From Antedon mediterranea (Eukaryota > Animalia > Echinodermata): a DNA stretch of 64,000 nt. The notes beneath the pieces were generated by a model, which saw only the letters and a program-made list of their open reading frames with translations, did not search any database and was not told where the DNA came from. The DNA is taken from contig NC_092677.1 of the NCBI RefSeq assembly GCF_964355755.1, forward strand, positions 2,688,101-2,752,100, given 5' to 3'. Shown here in pieces: positions 1 through 13,228 of this stretch (position 1 is the stretch's first letter; every line of letters begins with the position of its first letter). The position numbers and the translations under genes are program-made.

Positions 1-2279
1 GCCACATAACCGTTAACAAAATGGCAGTTGTCAAGCTGAAACTAAATGCTAGGCCTACGTCTACTAGAGATGCTCTATTTAGTCTTACTACCTAGCTAGG
101 AGAGGCCTAGCAGCACCCTAGCTAAAGTAGTAGTAGTACAGTATGCAATAAAGAATTTCCAATATTATTATTATTATTATTATTATAATAACCGATAATC
201 CGTGCTAGGCTCGCTCGAGTAGGCCTACTCGAGGGTACTACACAGCATCAGCGAAACTATCTAGAGGAGGGCCTAGAGCTGGGTACAGTATATAACAAAA
301 ACGCGTCTTAATTCAATCCAAATTGAAATAAAATATGTTAAGATTTGCCAATATAACATTAAAATTGTTAAGGGTGTTGCAAAAAAAAAGATACTGCTAT
401 TATGTGTGTTTTAAACGTTCTTTTCTAACTACCTTTTTAACTCAACCCATCGGAATTTCCCATACAAAAACATGTGGCGAAATGGTTTGTTTACAATCTA
501 TACCCACTCGGTGAAATTTGAGTGACGTCATCGCGGTTCGCCATTTCTCTCTATTTCATTACAGTTTACATTAAATGAGAAACGTATAAAAATGTAAAAT
601 TGTATTTGATATTTACGATGACATTTTTATTGAAAACATTTACACAAATGTTAAATGATATACATATAGATTTAGACTTGCCTCAAGTCGCTCGTTATTT
701 TGTTTTATATAAACGCCTAAATAAATTCCTGTCATTTGATTGGTGGATTGTGGATCACATGGCGTGCAATAATACTCACTATTGAACGGTCGTTCAATAG
801 TGCATTCACCTCGTTGAAATATAACCTTTCATAATTCACCTCGTCATTATTTGTACCATTACACTACAGTAATAAAGATGTATTATTTGTATGTTAGTCC
901 ACCAGTCGACATTCTAATGTTTGTCTGTAAACTAGATTCCATGTAGCCCAAATTATACCTATGAAACGCCATGTGTACATTAATGTTTATATTTTAATCA
1001 ACATTAAATCGAATCTAGAACCTAGAATAAAATAGATGCTGAAATAAATAATGTATTGGTAAATAGCCAAATTAACAACACCATATTGCTGCTTTTCTCT
1101 CATCTTTATCGCCTCGCATTCCATTTCTAGACAGCTTGTCGAGTCGTCTTTCACATAGTAGAGCTGGTGTACTTTGTACTGCAATGAAATTTAAGTGACA
1201 TTCATTCTGTTATATTGGTAATAATTCTACTTTACCATGTGAATTGCTGTAAATTTCATTGCTTTTTACGATTAATTTGAAGATTATTTTATATGAACGT
1301 TACAAAATAGTGTTGTTATTACTATAACGTGTTAATGGCAAACTACACACAAAAACGTATGAGGTCAAAAGAATTGCAAAACGAAAAAGCGACCAAAAAA
1401 TTCAAATAGAGGCAGCCACATACGAACAAAAATGAACAAATTAAAACAAAACAGAAACAGAAAAAACGCCTCGAAAGAAAAACGTAGTTAAAAACGAAAA
1501 CGCGATTAAAAACGCAAATATCCAGCCACAAGCGAGCGAACAACTGAGCCACAAATCAAAACGAGTCTACATACAAAATCGCCTCGAAGGAAAACTGAGC
1601 AACAAACGAATAAAATTACGGTCGCAAATGGAAACATGGCCACAAATAAAAAGTCACAAAAAACGGTGACACAAACGAATACGGAACCACTGCCACCGGC
1701 GCCGCACGTGTAAAGGCCAATTTACATAACCGACGGACATGGGGAGATTCTACGTTGGACAAGCCACGCGGTTTTCCCGTTTACCGTTACCGTTCGTCTG
1801 TGTAAATTTGCCTAACCTCAAAGCGTCAAATGAATATATGTATGTGCAGCTGAGAAATAGGAAACTTTAAATGTAATGTATTGTAAGTGGTTCGGTAACA
1901 AAATATTCATTGTCTCAACAATCTGACACACCGCCAATAATTCGTTCTAAGAGTAGTTGACATTTTTTCACAATTAGTTCGGAAATGAGATCACGACACA
2001 AGGCCTTTTCAATGAGATTTTAGATTTATTAACGTTTTTACAATGAGAATGTCAAGTCGAACATATTGTTGCATTTAATATTAGTGCCAAGTGTTACATA
2101 ACTTTCGTAATGTTCATTTTACGATGTAAATGAGAATTATTATAAACTATTGATTTTGGATTTATCTAAAATTACAAGTAGCTTAAAAGAGCACTTTGAA
2201 TTACCACCAATTGAGGTTAATTTGAAGATGATTGAGAATACGTGAGCAGCAATGAACAATTATTTTAGAAAATAAATAA

Positions 2280-2942
2280 GCTATACACCCCACATTGATA
2301 ATGTCTGCCGTACTGTACATTTTTTCTTAAGGGCATTGCGTAGAATAAGAAATTGTTTAGACAAAAAAACGTGTACCGGAGGCTATGAGGTCACTAATTC
2401 TATCCAGGTTAGATTATTGTAACTCACTATTTGTTGGAATGTCCAAACATAACATTTCGAGATTACAAAAGCTTCAGAATCGGGCTGCCAGGTTAATTTA
2501 CCAAGTACCTATGTTTGTTAGTTCTAGACCTCTGCTTTATGAATTGCATCCTGGCTACCTGTTGAAAGTAGAATCACTTTTAAAGTGTTATTCATATGTC
2601 TACAATTTTATAAATAATAATGCGCCCTGTTATCTGAGCAATCTCTTACGGGTGTATAGATGTGCTAAGAGAGGCCTGAGGTCCGAAATAGATCACACTA
2701 GATTGGATCACTGTCTCGAAAAGCGGACCTCTGGAAATAATACTTTCTCAAAATTTGGACCGGTGATGTGGAATGAACTCCCGTCTGTGATGATCCGGGA
2801 ACAAACCACGGTTTTAAAATTTAAAAAAGCCCTCAAAACACATCTATTTCAAGTAACTCATTGTTGGGTCTGCTTTGATCATTTTATACTAATTTGGAAA
2901 AGCGCTATATAAATAAAATAATAATAATAATAATAATAATAA
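2280..2942 (+). mobile_element. 5'-truncated L2-clade LINE 3' end
   Basis: SLILSRLDYCNSL..LQKLQNRAARL..WNELP..FKKALKTHLF followed by an (AAT)n tail. Confidence 0.88.
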
Positions 2943-3167
2943 GCTACAGAAAATAGTTTCACCTCCTCTAAGCTATTATACTCTTTCCTAGATTGATTTA
3001 AGTTCCTGGTTTTCGAAGATATCATCTAAGCTTAACCGTTTCAGAATTCATTAACTGGGAGGTTTAGAATTTGTTGTCAAAAGACACGATATACCAGACT
3101 GTTTATTGTCGCCAGACGAGATACAGCATATATCGTGTGAACTAAGGTCCTCTCATTGATTGCCTAA

Positions 3168-3303
3168 AGCTCTGTCTACACTATCAAACTTTATGTGACA
3201 AAAAATGTGATGTGCCCATATATGGACATGTTGATGTCATATCACTACCATGGGCACATCGCACATTTTTTGTCAAACTAGTTTGATAGTGATAGACAGA
3301 GCT
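3168..3303. mobile_element. MITE family B (TIR AGCTCTGTCTACACTATCAAAC)
   Basis: TAA flanks. Related copies at ~4504-4573, 8079-8772 (split), 13286-13454, 18820-19019 and 33670-33787. Confidence 0.78.
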
Positions 3304-6293
3304 TAAAGGTACATTGTTTGAATGCAATAGCAATGTTCAGGTCCAACACGACTATGTGATTGACCACGCTATACAACTCATTAACCAGTAGAGGGCCTAC
3401 CTATGATTGGATACCTCTCATCTATGGTTTCATTTAAAGACAGTATAAATGATAACATTATTCAACCGAAATGGCTTGGTTACAACTTGAGCGTACGCAA
3501 TAATGAGATAGGCGCCTGCGTTGCGCTTACGTCATTGTGTGCGTCTAATGCAGGCGTATAATCGCAGGATAATATTAGTTACACCCTGCTTGTTCTTACG
3601 GAATACGGGAAATATCTACGGTGCGTTCTGGTTCTGAGGCCGAAAAATATGACAGATATTACCCGTATTCCGTAAGAACAAGCAGAGTGCTACGATTTTA
3701 TCTCTATAAAGTGTACACATTATAAGCATTGGACAAGAGACAAAGAAAAAAAACAAAGGTAGGCCTATACATAAGTATCTTGTGTCATAAATTTAATTAA
3801 ACTTGGTCTAATTAGCTTCCATATACAAACAGCTGTTCTAAACAACATAATGTCAATGAAGTTCAAAACTAACAATAACAACAGTACAGTGGTGTTGAAA
3901 TCGACGACCTTTATTTTCATTCATTTTGACCTCTAGCTATCACAACAACAATAGGGAGCTTTCGACGATTACGATTAGCTTTTTGTACGGACCGTCGAAT
4001 ACGGGTTCATATTCTAGGGTTGAAATCATAACTACGCATGCGCTCAACGATAAAAATACAATACAATACATAAACAACGCGCGCGTAGAAACTTTAAACA
4101 GGTAATACGGGATATATTACCCTTCTGATCCGCTTGACTGAATAGATGGGCATAATACGGAATTATATCTCATACATATTGACCAATCTACAGAATTCAC
4201 GTACACTAAAGCTTGATTCTCACTAGCGACGCAACTTACGCAACGTAAGAAAATGCTCTTCCGATAATCGTGTTTGCCCCCGCCTGCGTGAAATCAAACC
4301 TGCGACTTCGCAGCAAACGTCGTCGGTTACCACTTGCGATTACGCAATACAGCACTTTGCGTCGATACGTCGCTGCGTTACGTTGCGTTGCGTTCTAGAG
4401 TGGGAACCACGCTTAAGAGATAAATGTGAGTATTTAATATTAGCAAATAAAACTATTAGAAAGTAGTTCCAACTACTTCAAACTACTCGAACTTTATTGT
4501 TTAGCCTTGTCTACACTATCAAACTTTGACAACACGTTTTTGTCACATAAAATTTGATAGTGTAGACAGAGCTTTAGGCCAATATAGTTAATTTACGAAT
4601 TAAGGTTTGATTCATATTGTGGCGAAGATCGATTGCACCATATGGCCTACTCGAATGTGAAATAAAAGGTAGGCTTAGATTCTTTACGTTATTGTACTGT
4701 TCAATCGTACCATAGGGCCTACTACTCGAATGTTTTGTTCTAACGGAAACTTACATTTAAGAGAAAAAAGTACATTATTCAACATAGATATATTTCTGGA
4801 TAAAACCCATTAACTTAAAATGAATGTCAGCAAAATCGATATAATGTTCAGCTTATAAATTAATAGTTATAGATCCGACAGATACTTATCGACGTTTGAA
4901 CAGCTTTATTTTGACAGATGACGGGAAAAGATTACGATAATAGTAAAAGTTACAGTAACCAACGGGTGAAATATGCATAGCATATTCGGTACTCACTTCT
5001 TATTATTTTGTAGCAAAAAAAATCTTTATCTTTCACAGATTCCCCGCACCTAGCCGATATCCCATGATACCTCATTGTTTATTTTTACATGTTTTGTTTA
5101 TAGTAGCAATAAAGAATATAATAATAATAATAATAATATAATAATAATAATAATAATGTTTAATTTACTATAGCGCAAAATGCAGGACGCCCCTAAGCGA
5201 TGAACAACCAACAGAAAAAAGAAGAGCAAAAACTAAAGAAAATGCAAATTAAAAAGGTTGGATTTTCAGGAGTTGTTTGAATGTGGTGAATGATTCTTCA
5301 GCATTCCTGATGTAATTTGGAAGGGTTAGGGTTAGGGTTAGGTGTTCCAGAGAACAGCAGCTAACCACGCACGAAAAGGCACGTTGTCCATACAATTTTG
5401 TTGCTCACACAGGCGTGTATATCTCGTTAGAGATGAAAATGCATTTACCTTTGCGCGTGTGTTTAAACGTTGAAGCCGCGCCGGCACGCGCACGTCGGCG
5501 CACAGAAGGGGATGATACAACAAAAGGAATTAGCTGCTCACGTCACAGAACTAAAAATGAATATACTGAGAAATTCAAATATTGATTTGATTTGATTTAT
5601 ACAATATCGGCTCATTACAATTACAACAGAAAACATAAAAATATATAATGAAACAAAAAGCCAGGATTGTCACAAGCGAACCCAATCACTGTTTAAAGAC
5701 TTTCCTTTAACATAAATAAAATATAATATAAATATAAAATTTATTGTAGAGTTGTACACACAGCGAGGTAGTATCTACGAGAACAATTACGGAAGATTGT
5801 TACTCGATCAAAAATGATTTGAGCTGGGTAACAGGAAGGAAGTTGTCGGATTCCTGATTGAAACGACGACGAGGAGGTTTGTCTCGATTAATCCTCGATC
5901 CTGCAAACACTGCTAATAGAGTAGTAATACTAATACTTTATATGTGAAACTTCAAGAATATATCGCGCATATGCCCTACAAAACATTTGATGTTTTTACG
6001 GCGAACTGTCTATATATTAATCGAAGATGATCGAACACAGATAACAAAATATTCCCAATACGCAACAATCGATCGATGCGCCGAGACAATCAGGGTTCGG
6101 CAATTTCCGTGTCTATAGCATCTAGGCCTTCGAGCGTCAACAAAGACGAATTACCAACACAGTTTGTTTCGTTACAATTCCGATTATTAACACGTACGAC
6201 GCGTCAGTAAAATTGTTATCCGGGTTATTTGTATTGATTGCTTGTTTTTAACTTGTGTGATATAGATCTCTCACATCAACGTCGATTTTTTAA

Positions 6294-6607
6294 GCTGATT
6301 TTCCACTAGGCGAATTGGTTCGCGCGAATCGAAAGCGTCATGCTCTGCGCATGCGTATTCGAGTTTATGTCTGTCATACTCCCTTCTGCGACGAATTCTA
6401 GTTCCTTGATTTTTCGCTGCAGCAAAATTTACTTGTTCGAATTGTTTCTAATTTTTGCGAAGTGAAATATTGCGCAACCAATAAGAGCTCAGGAAATGAG
6501 TTATGACGCTTTCATGAGCAGTCATGCGAATCGAAATGCTCAGCAACCACGCGTCTCTTCGAAACGTTTGATTCGCGCGAATAAATTCGCCTAGTGGAAA
6601 ATCGGCT
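6294..6607. mobile_element. MITE with ~40-bp TIR (AGCTGATTTTCCACTAGGCGAATT...)
   Basis: The ends are near reverse complements of each other. Confidence 0.75.
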
Positions 6608-6654
6608 TGGTTTTTAGGCCTATTGCAAATAGCTTGATTTCGTGAGGAACGTCA

Positions 6655-6780
6655 TTGCACAATGCATGATGGGAAGGATTTGGGAGCAAACGTCACGGCG
6701 CGTACGTACAAACAATAAATCACGTACGCACGCGTCGTGACGTTTTCTCCAAAACCCTTCCCACCATGTGTCGTGCACGC
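6655..6780. repeat. Imperfect palindrome (foldback element)
   Basis: GCACAATGCATGATGGGAAGG...CGTAC and GTACG...CCCTTCCCACCATGTGTCGTGC form inverted arms. Confidence 0.65.
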
Positions 6781-7171
6781 TATTTTCGATAAACCTTATT
6801 ATTATATGGATTCTTCTCCATTGTTATTTTAATGCCTTATTATAATAATTCCTAGTACATGACAAATTAATCGATTCACGTCATAAAAGTTTATTAATGA
6901 TGTTAAAACCCCGTTACCATAGTGAGTACGCGTAAATGGCGTCAATAACCCATTTTCTTTGATGTATAACTTTTAATGATTCATATTAATTTTTGCAGAT
7001 GAAACAAAAATCGAAATTAATTGATTAAGCAAACTGACCGCGACTTTTTTTACAAGTTTTGAATTATTATTTTTCATTTCTTCTACTAAATATTGATAAA
7101 TGGTACGGTATTGTAATGTCTAAAAATGTATTACTGTAGTAATTAGAATCCCAGCCGAATCCGTCCTTTAA

Positions 7172-7350
7172 AGCTTGGTTCCCACTAGAACGTAACGCAA
7201 GGACGTAAACGCAACGCAAGCGTTTTAACCAATGACAAGCGAAGTTATAGACAGTTAGCAATCACAAGCGAATAAGCCATCGCTTGTGATTGGTCAATTC
7301 ACTTGCGTTGCGTTACGTCCTTGTGTTGCGTCGCTAGTGGGGACCACGCT
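7172..7350. mobile_element. ~180-bp Harbinger/Tourist-like MITE (family A)
   Basis: TIR AGC(T/G)TGGTTCCCACTAG with TAA flanks. Near-identical copies at 7581-7759, 11812-11990 and 13056-13228. Confidence 0.8.
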
Positions 7351-7485
7351 TAATTGTGAAATTAGCAACAGTGAGAACGCTATAAAGCATCGCACTTAGT
7401 ACTTTAGGAATAAAATGTTAGACGTGTCAGTACGTAAATGAATAACGTTTGCCATCGGGTGACGTAACGTAACATGCCGCATTAA

Positions 7486-7759
7486 ACGTGGTTCCCACTA
7501 GCGACGCAACACAAGGACGTAACGCAACGCAAGTGAATTGACCAATCACAAGCGATGGCTTATTCGCTTGTGATTGCTAAAGCGTGGTTCCCACTAGAAC
7601 GTAACGCAAGGACGTAAACGCAACGCAAGCGTTTTAACCAATGACAAGCGAAGTTATAGACAGTTAGCAATCACAAGCGAATAAGCCATCGCTTGTGATT
7701 GGTCAATTCACTTGCGTTGCGTTACGTCCTTGCGTTGCGTCGCTAATGGGAACCACGCT
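7486..7759. mobile_element. MITE family A: partial inverted copy (7486-7580) joined to a full copy (7581-7759)
   Basis: Direct sequence identity to 7172-7350 in both orientations. Confidence 0.8.
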
Positions 7760-8139
7760 TTATTGAACAATTCGAGGCTAGATTTTCACTGTATGTTATA
7801 TTTTTTTGGTATACTATTACTCGGAAACAGCAATAAGCGAATAAACATATGGACAAAATCAGACGGTGTTATTAACGGATAAACAATATCAAAAACCTGC
7901 AACAATTATAACAATACCGGTACAGCAGTATGACCATATTAAACAGCAATAATAATCCGCAGGTAATGCGATAATATTACCGATAATAATTATAATAATG
8001 AATAATAATAATATTACAATGAAGCTGATTATGTATTTGTTCAGTATAAAGTAATTTTTTTACAAAAATGGACATAATGCCCTGTCTGCACTATCAAACT
8101 TGATATGGCAACAAAATGTGATATGCCCATACATGATGA

Positions 8140-8690
8140 TTCATTCATTCTGCTTTTATTCAATATTTCTCTTTGCAGTATATATAAAATAAAACTGAAT
8201 GGCGAGAGATTTACATATAAAATTGGTACAAGCTTTCAAACATCAACATTTACAACATTAAAAAGTTAAAAAGTTAAAAAAAAAAATTTTTTAAAAAGGA
8301 GATATTACACATGGAAGAAACTGATGAAAGTACTTATTACTTATTATTATTATTATTGTTGTGTTTATTTTGGTTTATTAATTAGTCTACACAGTGCTGG
8401 GAAACATGAGTTGTTGAATCTTTTAGTATATGTTTCACTTTGCTTCTTAGCATTCCTAAGTATCCTGCCACACGTTTCGCCTCTCAATTTAGGAAGTGCG
8501 TTAGGGACGATTTTGTTAAGATTTTTAGCAAAATCAAGAAGAATATCTTCTCTTCTTTGATCTAAAAATTTAAGATTAAGTAGTTTAATTGCTTGATCAT
8601 AGGATGCATATTTTTGTCCGAGAATTATTCTACATGCGCGTTTCTGTATAGATTCAAGCTCCATGGATTGTGCTATGGTTAAGGCAGAGT
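8140..8690 (-). mobile_element. LINE 3' fragment (CR1/L2 group) inserted within a MITE
   Basis: HSALTIAQSMELESIQKRACRIILG..Y..L..RR..TKRFNNS peptide. The MITE halves lie at ~8079-8135 and ~8691-8772. Confidence 0.75.
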
Positions 8691-10369
8691 GCCCATATTT
8701 GGGCATGTCAGTACCATATTTGGGCACATCACACTTTTTTGTCACATAAAGTTTGATAGTGTAGACAGAGGGTAACATTGATTGGTTCCCACGCAAGGAC
8801 GCGACGCAATATCACGTACACATAACGCGTGGATGATGTACGCACAGCGTAAAGATATACTTGCGCACGGCGCAAACACGTATTTTGACAAATCAAATAA
8901 ACGTGATGGATTATCTGAACTATCGATTGTGATTGGTTAAATAATGCGTCTAAGTGAATCACCCTTTACCATGACAACCAATACACATCATTGTTCATCG
9001 CCACCATAATCATCATTATTTCATTAAAACTTGCCATCGTTTTCATAATACAAACATTTATCATCATTAATATCTTCCCCTTCTTTTCCAATATATATGT
9101 CCATCTTCTTTCGTTATATTATTACAATCGAACAAACATGATATTTCATCGACAAATACGCATTGTCACCACAACCTCACCCGTAACATAATGACAACAC
9201 AATTTGGGTACAACTTATTTAATGATTTCCTTGGTAGAGTTTACAACAATGATATATTATATACACATCTTATAATGATAATGAGTCAATTCCATCTCGA
9301 TCATCATCATTCACGTCACAACAACGTCATCAGCATCGTTATTATCATGGTCGTCATCGTCATCAGCAGATCGGATCCATGACGGGGTACCGTAAGCAGG
9401 TAAAAATCACGTTAAAATCCTCTTAAAATATCATATTTTCTTTTCATCGTCAACTATTTAAAGCTTTTTTTCGTACTTTAACCCAACAACGCAGTGACGT
9501 AAGGGGAGTGACCAATCACGACGCGGTACGATAGATCACCCGAACTTGTGATTGGTCAACTTATTTGTGTTGCGCCTATATCGTCGTCGTTGCGTTAAAG
9601 TGGAACCAAGCTTTATACATAAAATTGATTACCTTGACTCTATAAAAAAAAAACAACAAACACAATCCAATTTGAAATTTTTCTAATTTTAAATACACTA
9701 TTTAATATTTATACACTTTGTAAACGCAACGTTGTGATTTGACCAATCACAACACTTATATTAAGCAACTCATCATGTTTAATCCAGTCACTTGTGATTG
9801 GTAAAATGACTAGCATTGCGCGTACGTTCTGCGTGGTTTCCTAGAATAGTCAACAGCAGCATGGTAATAATAATAATAATAATAATAATACTACTATTAA
9901 TAATAATAATAATAATAATAATACTACTATTAATAATAATAATAATAATATAACAATTTATATAGCGCACATATCCACTAAAAGTGCTCAATTGACTAAA
10001 AACTATCAGACGTATGACTACAAGAATGTCTTACTGCTGTTTTATATTAGTAGTATTGAAAGGTTACTAGGCAGGCAGGATATATCATAGAAAATGTTGG
10101 TTTCTACAAAAAGTTTGTAATCGCCCCTTTTCTACTTCTGACGCTTGTGCGTCAGTGAGGAACCCTGTTATGCATTTTGCCAGATCAAGAAGCAAAATTG
10201 CTGCGCTCAACACAAACTCGAATATAATAAATTCAGGAGACATCAGTAAACTAATCCATTGGAGAGATTGTAGTCAGCAAACAAGAAACTAAAGGTGCTG
10301 TTTATTGGCTCTAGACATAATACTGTACGAGAATCAAGTGTGCTCTACAAACTAAACACCCACTTTTTG

Positions 10370-11407
10370 TTAAACTTCATCCTTTTCCCCAATTTCATCC
10401 ATCTCATGTTCGTCATCTTTGAGGAGTTGAGTAAACCTTGTCTTGTTCTTAACCGTCGAAATGACCCTTGTGCTCGTGTTAGTACTGTTCACTTTCGACG
10501 TTTTATTAGACTTACAGCCGAACATTTTCATTAATCCGTCCCGGTAAGATCTACTCATAAGATACAGGATGATGGGATTGCTACAGCCGTTTATATAGAC
10601 CAGGGTTGTTTTCCATGTGGGTAGATGAGATTCGTGCACATCCATTGTGAATTCAAAGAAATCATATTGATAGTGTTTGTAGATACTGTAAAAAGTTGTC
10701 GGAGCCCAGCAAACTGCAAACAGCACAGCAATAACTATAACAAGCATTCCAAGTCTTTGCCGTTCCCTCTGCACCCGGTCACAACTGTTGGACGAATTCT
10801 TAGCAAACTGAGTACTCCTAAATAGACGATGGGCTATCAGAACATACGAAACTAATATTACTATAAGGGGTAGGCCGTAAAATAAACCGGCGCGTACGCA
10901 ATCATACGCGAAACCGCCGGTGTGCTCATAATCTGGCACGTACAAACAATAGGTTGCATTGACCTCTGTACTTGCCTCTCCTAAAAATAATATCGGCGAT
11001 GCCATCGCTATTGAAATAATCCAAATTATAGCGACTACAGTTCCGTAGATTTTACCCGGTCGTAATCGCATAATCGCAAACGGATGAACAATGGCCAGAA
11101 ATCGGTCAATGCTAAGCGCCATTAGTGTCAATACGGCTATGCCTTGACTGACGACAACGGCGACAGCAGTACCAAGGCAAATAACAGGTTTGTTTATGTC
11201 CACAATATCGAATTCAATAAGAACATCAACAAGATCACATGTTAATAATAAGAATAAGTCACCGATTGCAATGTTTGCAAGTAAATAGTTTCTAGGACTA
11301 CTAGTAACTTGACGTGTGAATATGATCAGGATGATAGAGCCATTACACACTGTGCCGATTATCAGCATAACTACATCAAGTATCAATAGTGTGTGTTGTA
11401 CATCCAT
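10370..11407 (-). CDS. Class A (rhodopsin-like) GPCR, neuropeptide receptor of bombesin/GRP/CCHamide-receptor type, intronless CDS, 345 aa
   Basis: Seven hydrophobic segments with GN (TM1), LAIGDL (TM2), TLMALSIDRFLAIVHP (TM3), CWAP (TM6) and NPIILY (TM7). A probable splice acceptor at ~11459 upstream of the ATG implies a non-coding 5' exon. The subfamily is inferred from motif resemblance only. Confidence 0.92.
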   Translation of the reverse strand: MDVQHTLLILDVVMLIIGTVCNGSIILIIFTRQVTSSPRNYLLANIAIGDLFLLLTCDLVDVLIEFDIVDINKPVICLGTAVAVVVSQGIAVLTLMALSIDRFLAIVHPFAIMRLRPGKIYGTVVAIIWIISIAMASPILFLGEASTEVNATYCLYVPDYEHTGGFAYDCVRAGLFYGLPLIVILVSYVLIAHRLFRSTQFAKNSSNSCDRVQRERQRLGMLVIVIAVLFAVCWAPTTFYSIYKHYQYDFFEFTMDVHESHLPTWKTTLVYINGCSNPIILYLMSRSYRDGLMKMFGCKSNKTSKVNSTNTSTRVISTVKNKTRFTQLLKDDEHEMDEIGEKDEV

Positions 11408-11589
11408 GTTTGTAGCTTGTTATTTTAAATTTGCGAGTAAAATCGTATCAAACATTCCTGAAAATAAATGGAAAAGAAGCATTACTTCATGGTTCCTGGT
11501 CGACTAGGAGATGTTAATAAGCATCTACTTAGTTTCTAACAAGCAACACCTGACTAACCATAGTTTTCGCTTTTTTGTTTCATCTTTAA

Positions 11590-12082
11590 AACTTGGTTCC
11601 CACAAGGTCGCAACACAAAGGCATACACGCAACGCACGCGAGTTGGCCAATCACAAGTGACAGTTCAGCGATGATCGCACTGTGATTGGTCAATTTACTT
11701 GCATTGCGCTTAAAGCGTGGATCCTACTAGAGACGCAACGCAAGGACGTACGCGCAACGCAAGCGAGTTGACCAATGGCAAACCACTGTTTGAATAATCC
11801 ATCGTTTGTTAAGCTTGGTTCCCACTAGAACGTAACGCAAGGACGTAAACGCAACGCAAGCGTTTTAACCAATGGCAAGCGAAGTTATAGACAGTTAGCA
11901 ATCACAAGCGAATAAGCCATCGCTTGTGATTGGTCAATTCACTTGCGTTGCGTTACGTCCTTGCGTTGCGTCGCTAGTGACAACCACGCTTTATTGACTA
12001 CGTTGCGTTTATCTTGCGTTGCGTCGCTAGTAGGAAGCAAGGTTAAGTAAGTCCTTGAGTTGCGTCCTATAGTGGGAACCAA
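11590..12082. mobile_element. Three concentrically nested family-A MITEs in the probable 5' intron of the GPCR
   Basis: Left ends at ~11590, ~11714 and 11812; right ends at 11990, ~12044 and ~12082. The inner copy is the least diverged. Confidence 0.72.
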
Positions 12083-12559
12083 TTAAGCATTAACATTGTA
12101 GACCTGGCGTTGATTTTTAAACTTGAAACTTATATACAAGATACAAGATACAAGATAACTTTATTGTCAAATAGTTCGTCAACGAACGATTTGAAATTGG
12201 TTTTTCTCATGGCAACTTAATATAACTATATAAAAATAACTATTTTATGTTATTGTATCAATTAAATTTAAAAGAAGCCTGGTCGTCAACAATGCCATAA
12301 ATAGAAAACAAAATGAACGTCTTGTTTTGAACCATTTGAATTATGGTTATCATGTTATCATTCAATGTTGTAAAATTCTACCAACTTTATAAAAAATAGC
12401 CTATCGTAAAATATATAGCAAATTCCGAGACTATTATTATCCTACCTTACATCTAAAACTGTTCGGTTTGTCCCAGTTGCTTTTTCTGTCGTGCTCTTAT
12501 TCCTTCAGCATTAAACTCCAGAGAAGAAAGAGAAAACTAGAATGCCGAAAACTTCACGA

Positions 12560-12680
12560 CATTTCATTGAAACGTTCGATTTGGTTGTGCGCGTTGCTCG
12601 TGCGTTTTCTCTCGATTGATTGGCCACAACCTCAAACCGCCTTAAATACACATTTCAGCTTGCATTCTGATTGGCTGAAT
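12560..12680 (-). promoter_or_regulatory. Possible GPCR core promoter (three CCAAT boxes and a TATA-like TATTTAA)
   Basis: ATTGG at ~12580, ~12620 and ~12670 (CCAAT on the minus strand), minus-strand TATTTAAG at ~12641-12648, and a donor-like GTAAG/GTAGG at ~12445. Confidence 0.3.
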
Positions 12681-13055
12681 ACTTGTGTGGCGGCGGGCTC
12701 TGTGATGAATTGGAAAAATGCATGAAGAAAAGTTTAATCAATCATAAAAATAAATACGTTTTTGTTTTGTCTGATATTCATCTCTTTCCACTAAATCTTC
12801 AACTCATTTAAAATAGAAGACATAATTATTGTAATTAAAATCTAGGATAACGGCTTCTATTTTTTGTTTTTACGAAGTAAGGGATGTTGAATGATGATGA
12901 AATTGTAAGATTTCCCATCATGAGTTTGGTTCACAATTGCGCTTGTTCTTATAAAGCGCACAATTAGTAATTTGACCAATCACGACTATTGGTTGTGATT
13001 GGTTCACTCACTTGTGTTGCGCCTCTACGACGTTACATTACGTAGCGCGTGTGAA

Positions 13056-13228
13056 GCTTGGTTCCCACTAGAACGTAACGCAAGGACGTAAACGCAACGC
13101 AAGCGTTTTAACCAATGACAAGTTATAGACAGTTAGCAATCACAAGCGAATAAGCCATCGCTTGTGATTGGTCAATTCACTTGCGTTGCGTTACGTCCTT
13201 GTGTTGCGTCGCTAGTGGGAACCACGCT
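13056..13228. mobile_element. MITE family A copy inside an older related copy
   Basis: Identity to 7172-7350. Confidence 0.8.

Noticed and set aside
1343-1690. ORF 1343-1552 and surrounding A-rich sequence
   Set aside because: Low-complexity degenerate repeats, probably a transposon terminus, with no coding signal.
5322-5342. TTAGGG telomeric repeats
   Set aside because: Only about three units within a LINE remnant, too short to call an interstitial telomere.
8321-8345. Other CTGATGA hits as hammerheads (also ~17778 and ~53438)
   Set aside because: No stem II followed by GAAA and a UH cleavage site.
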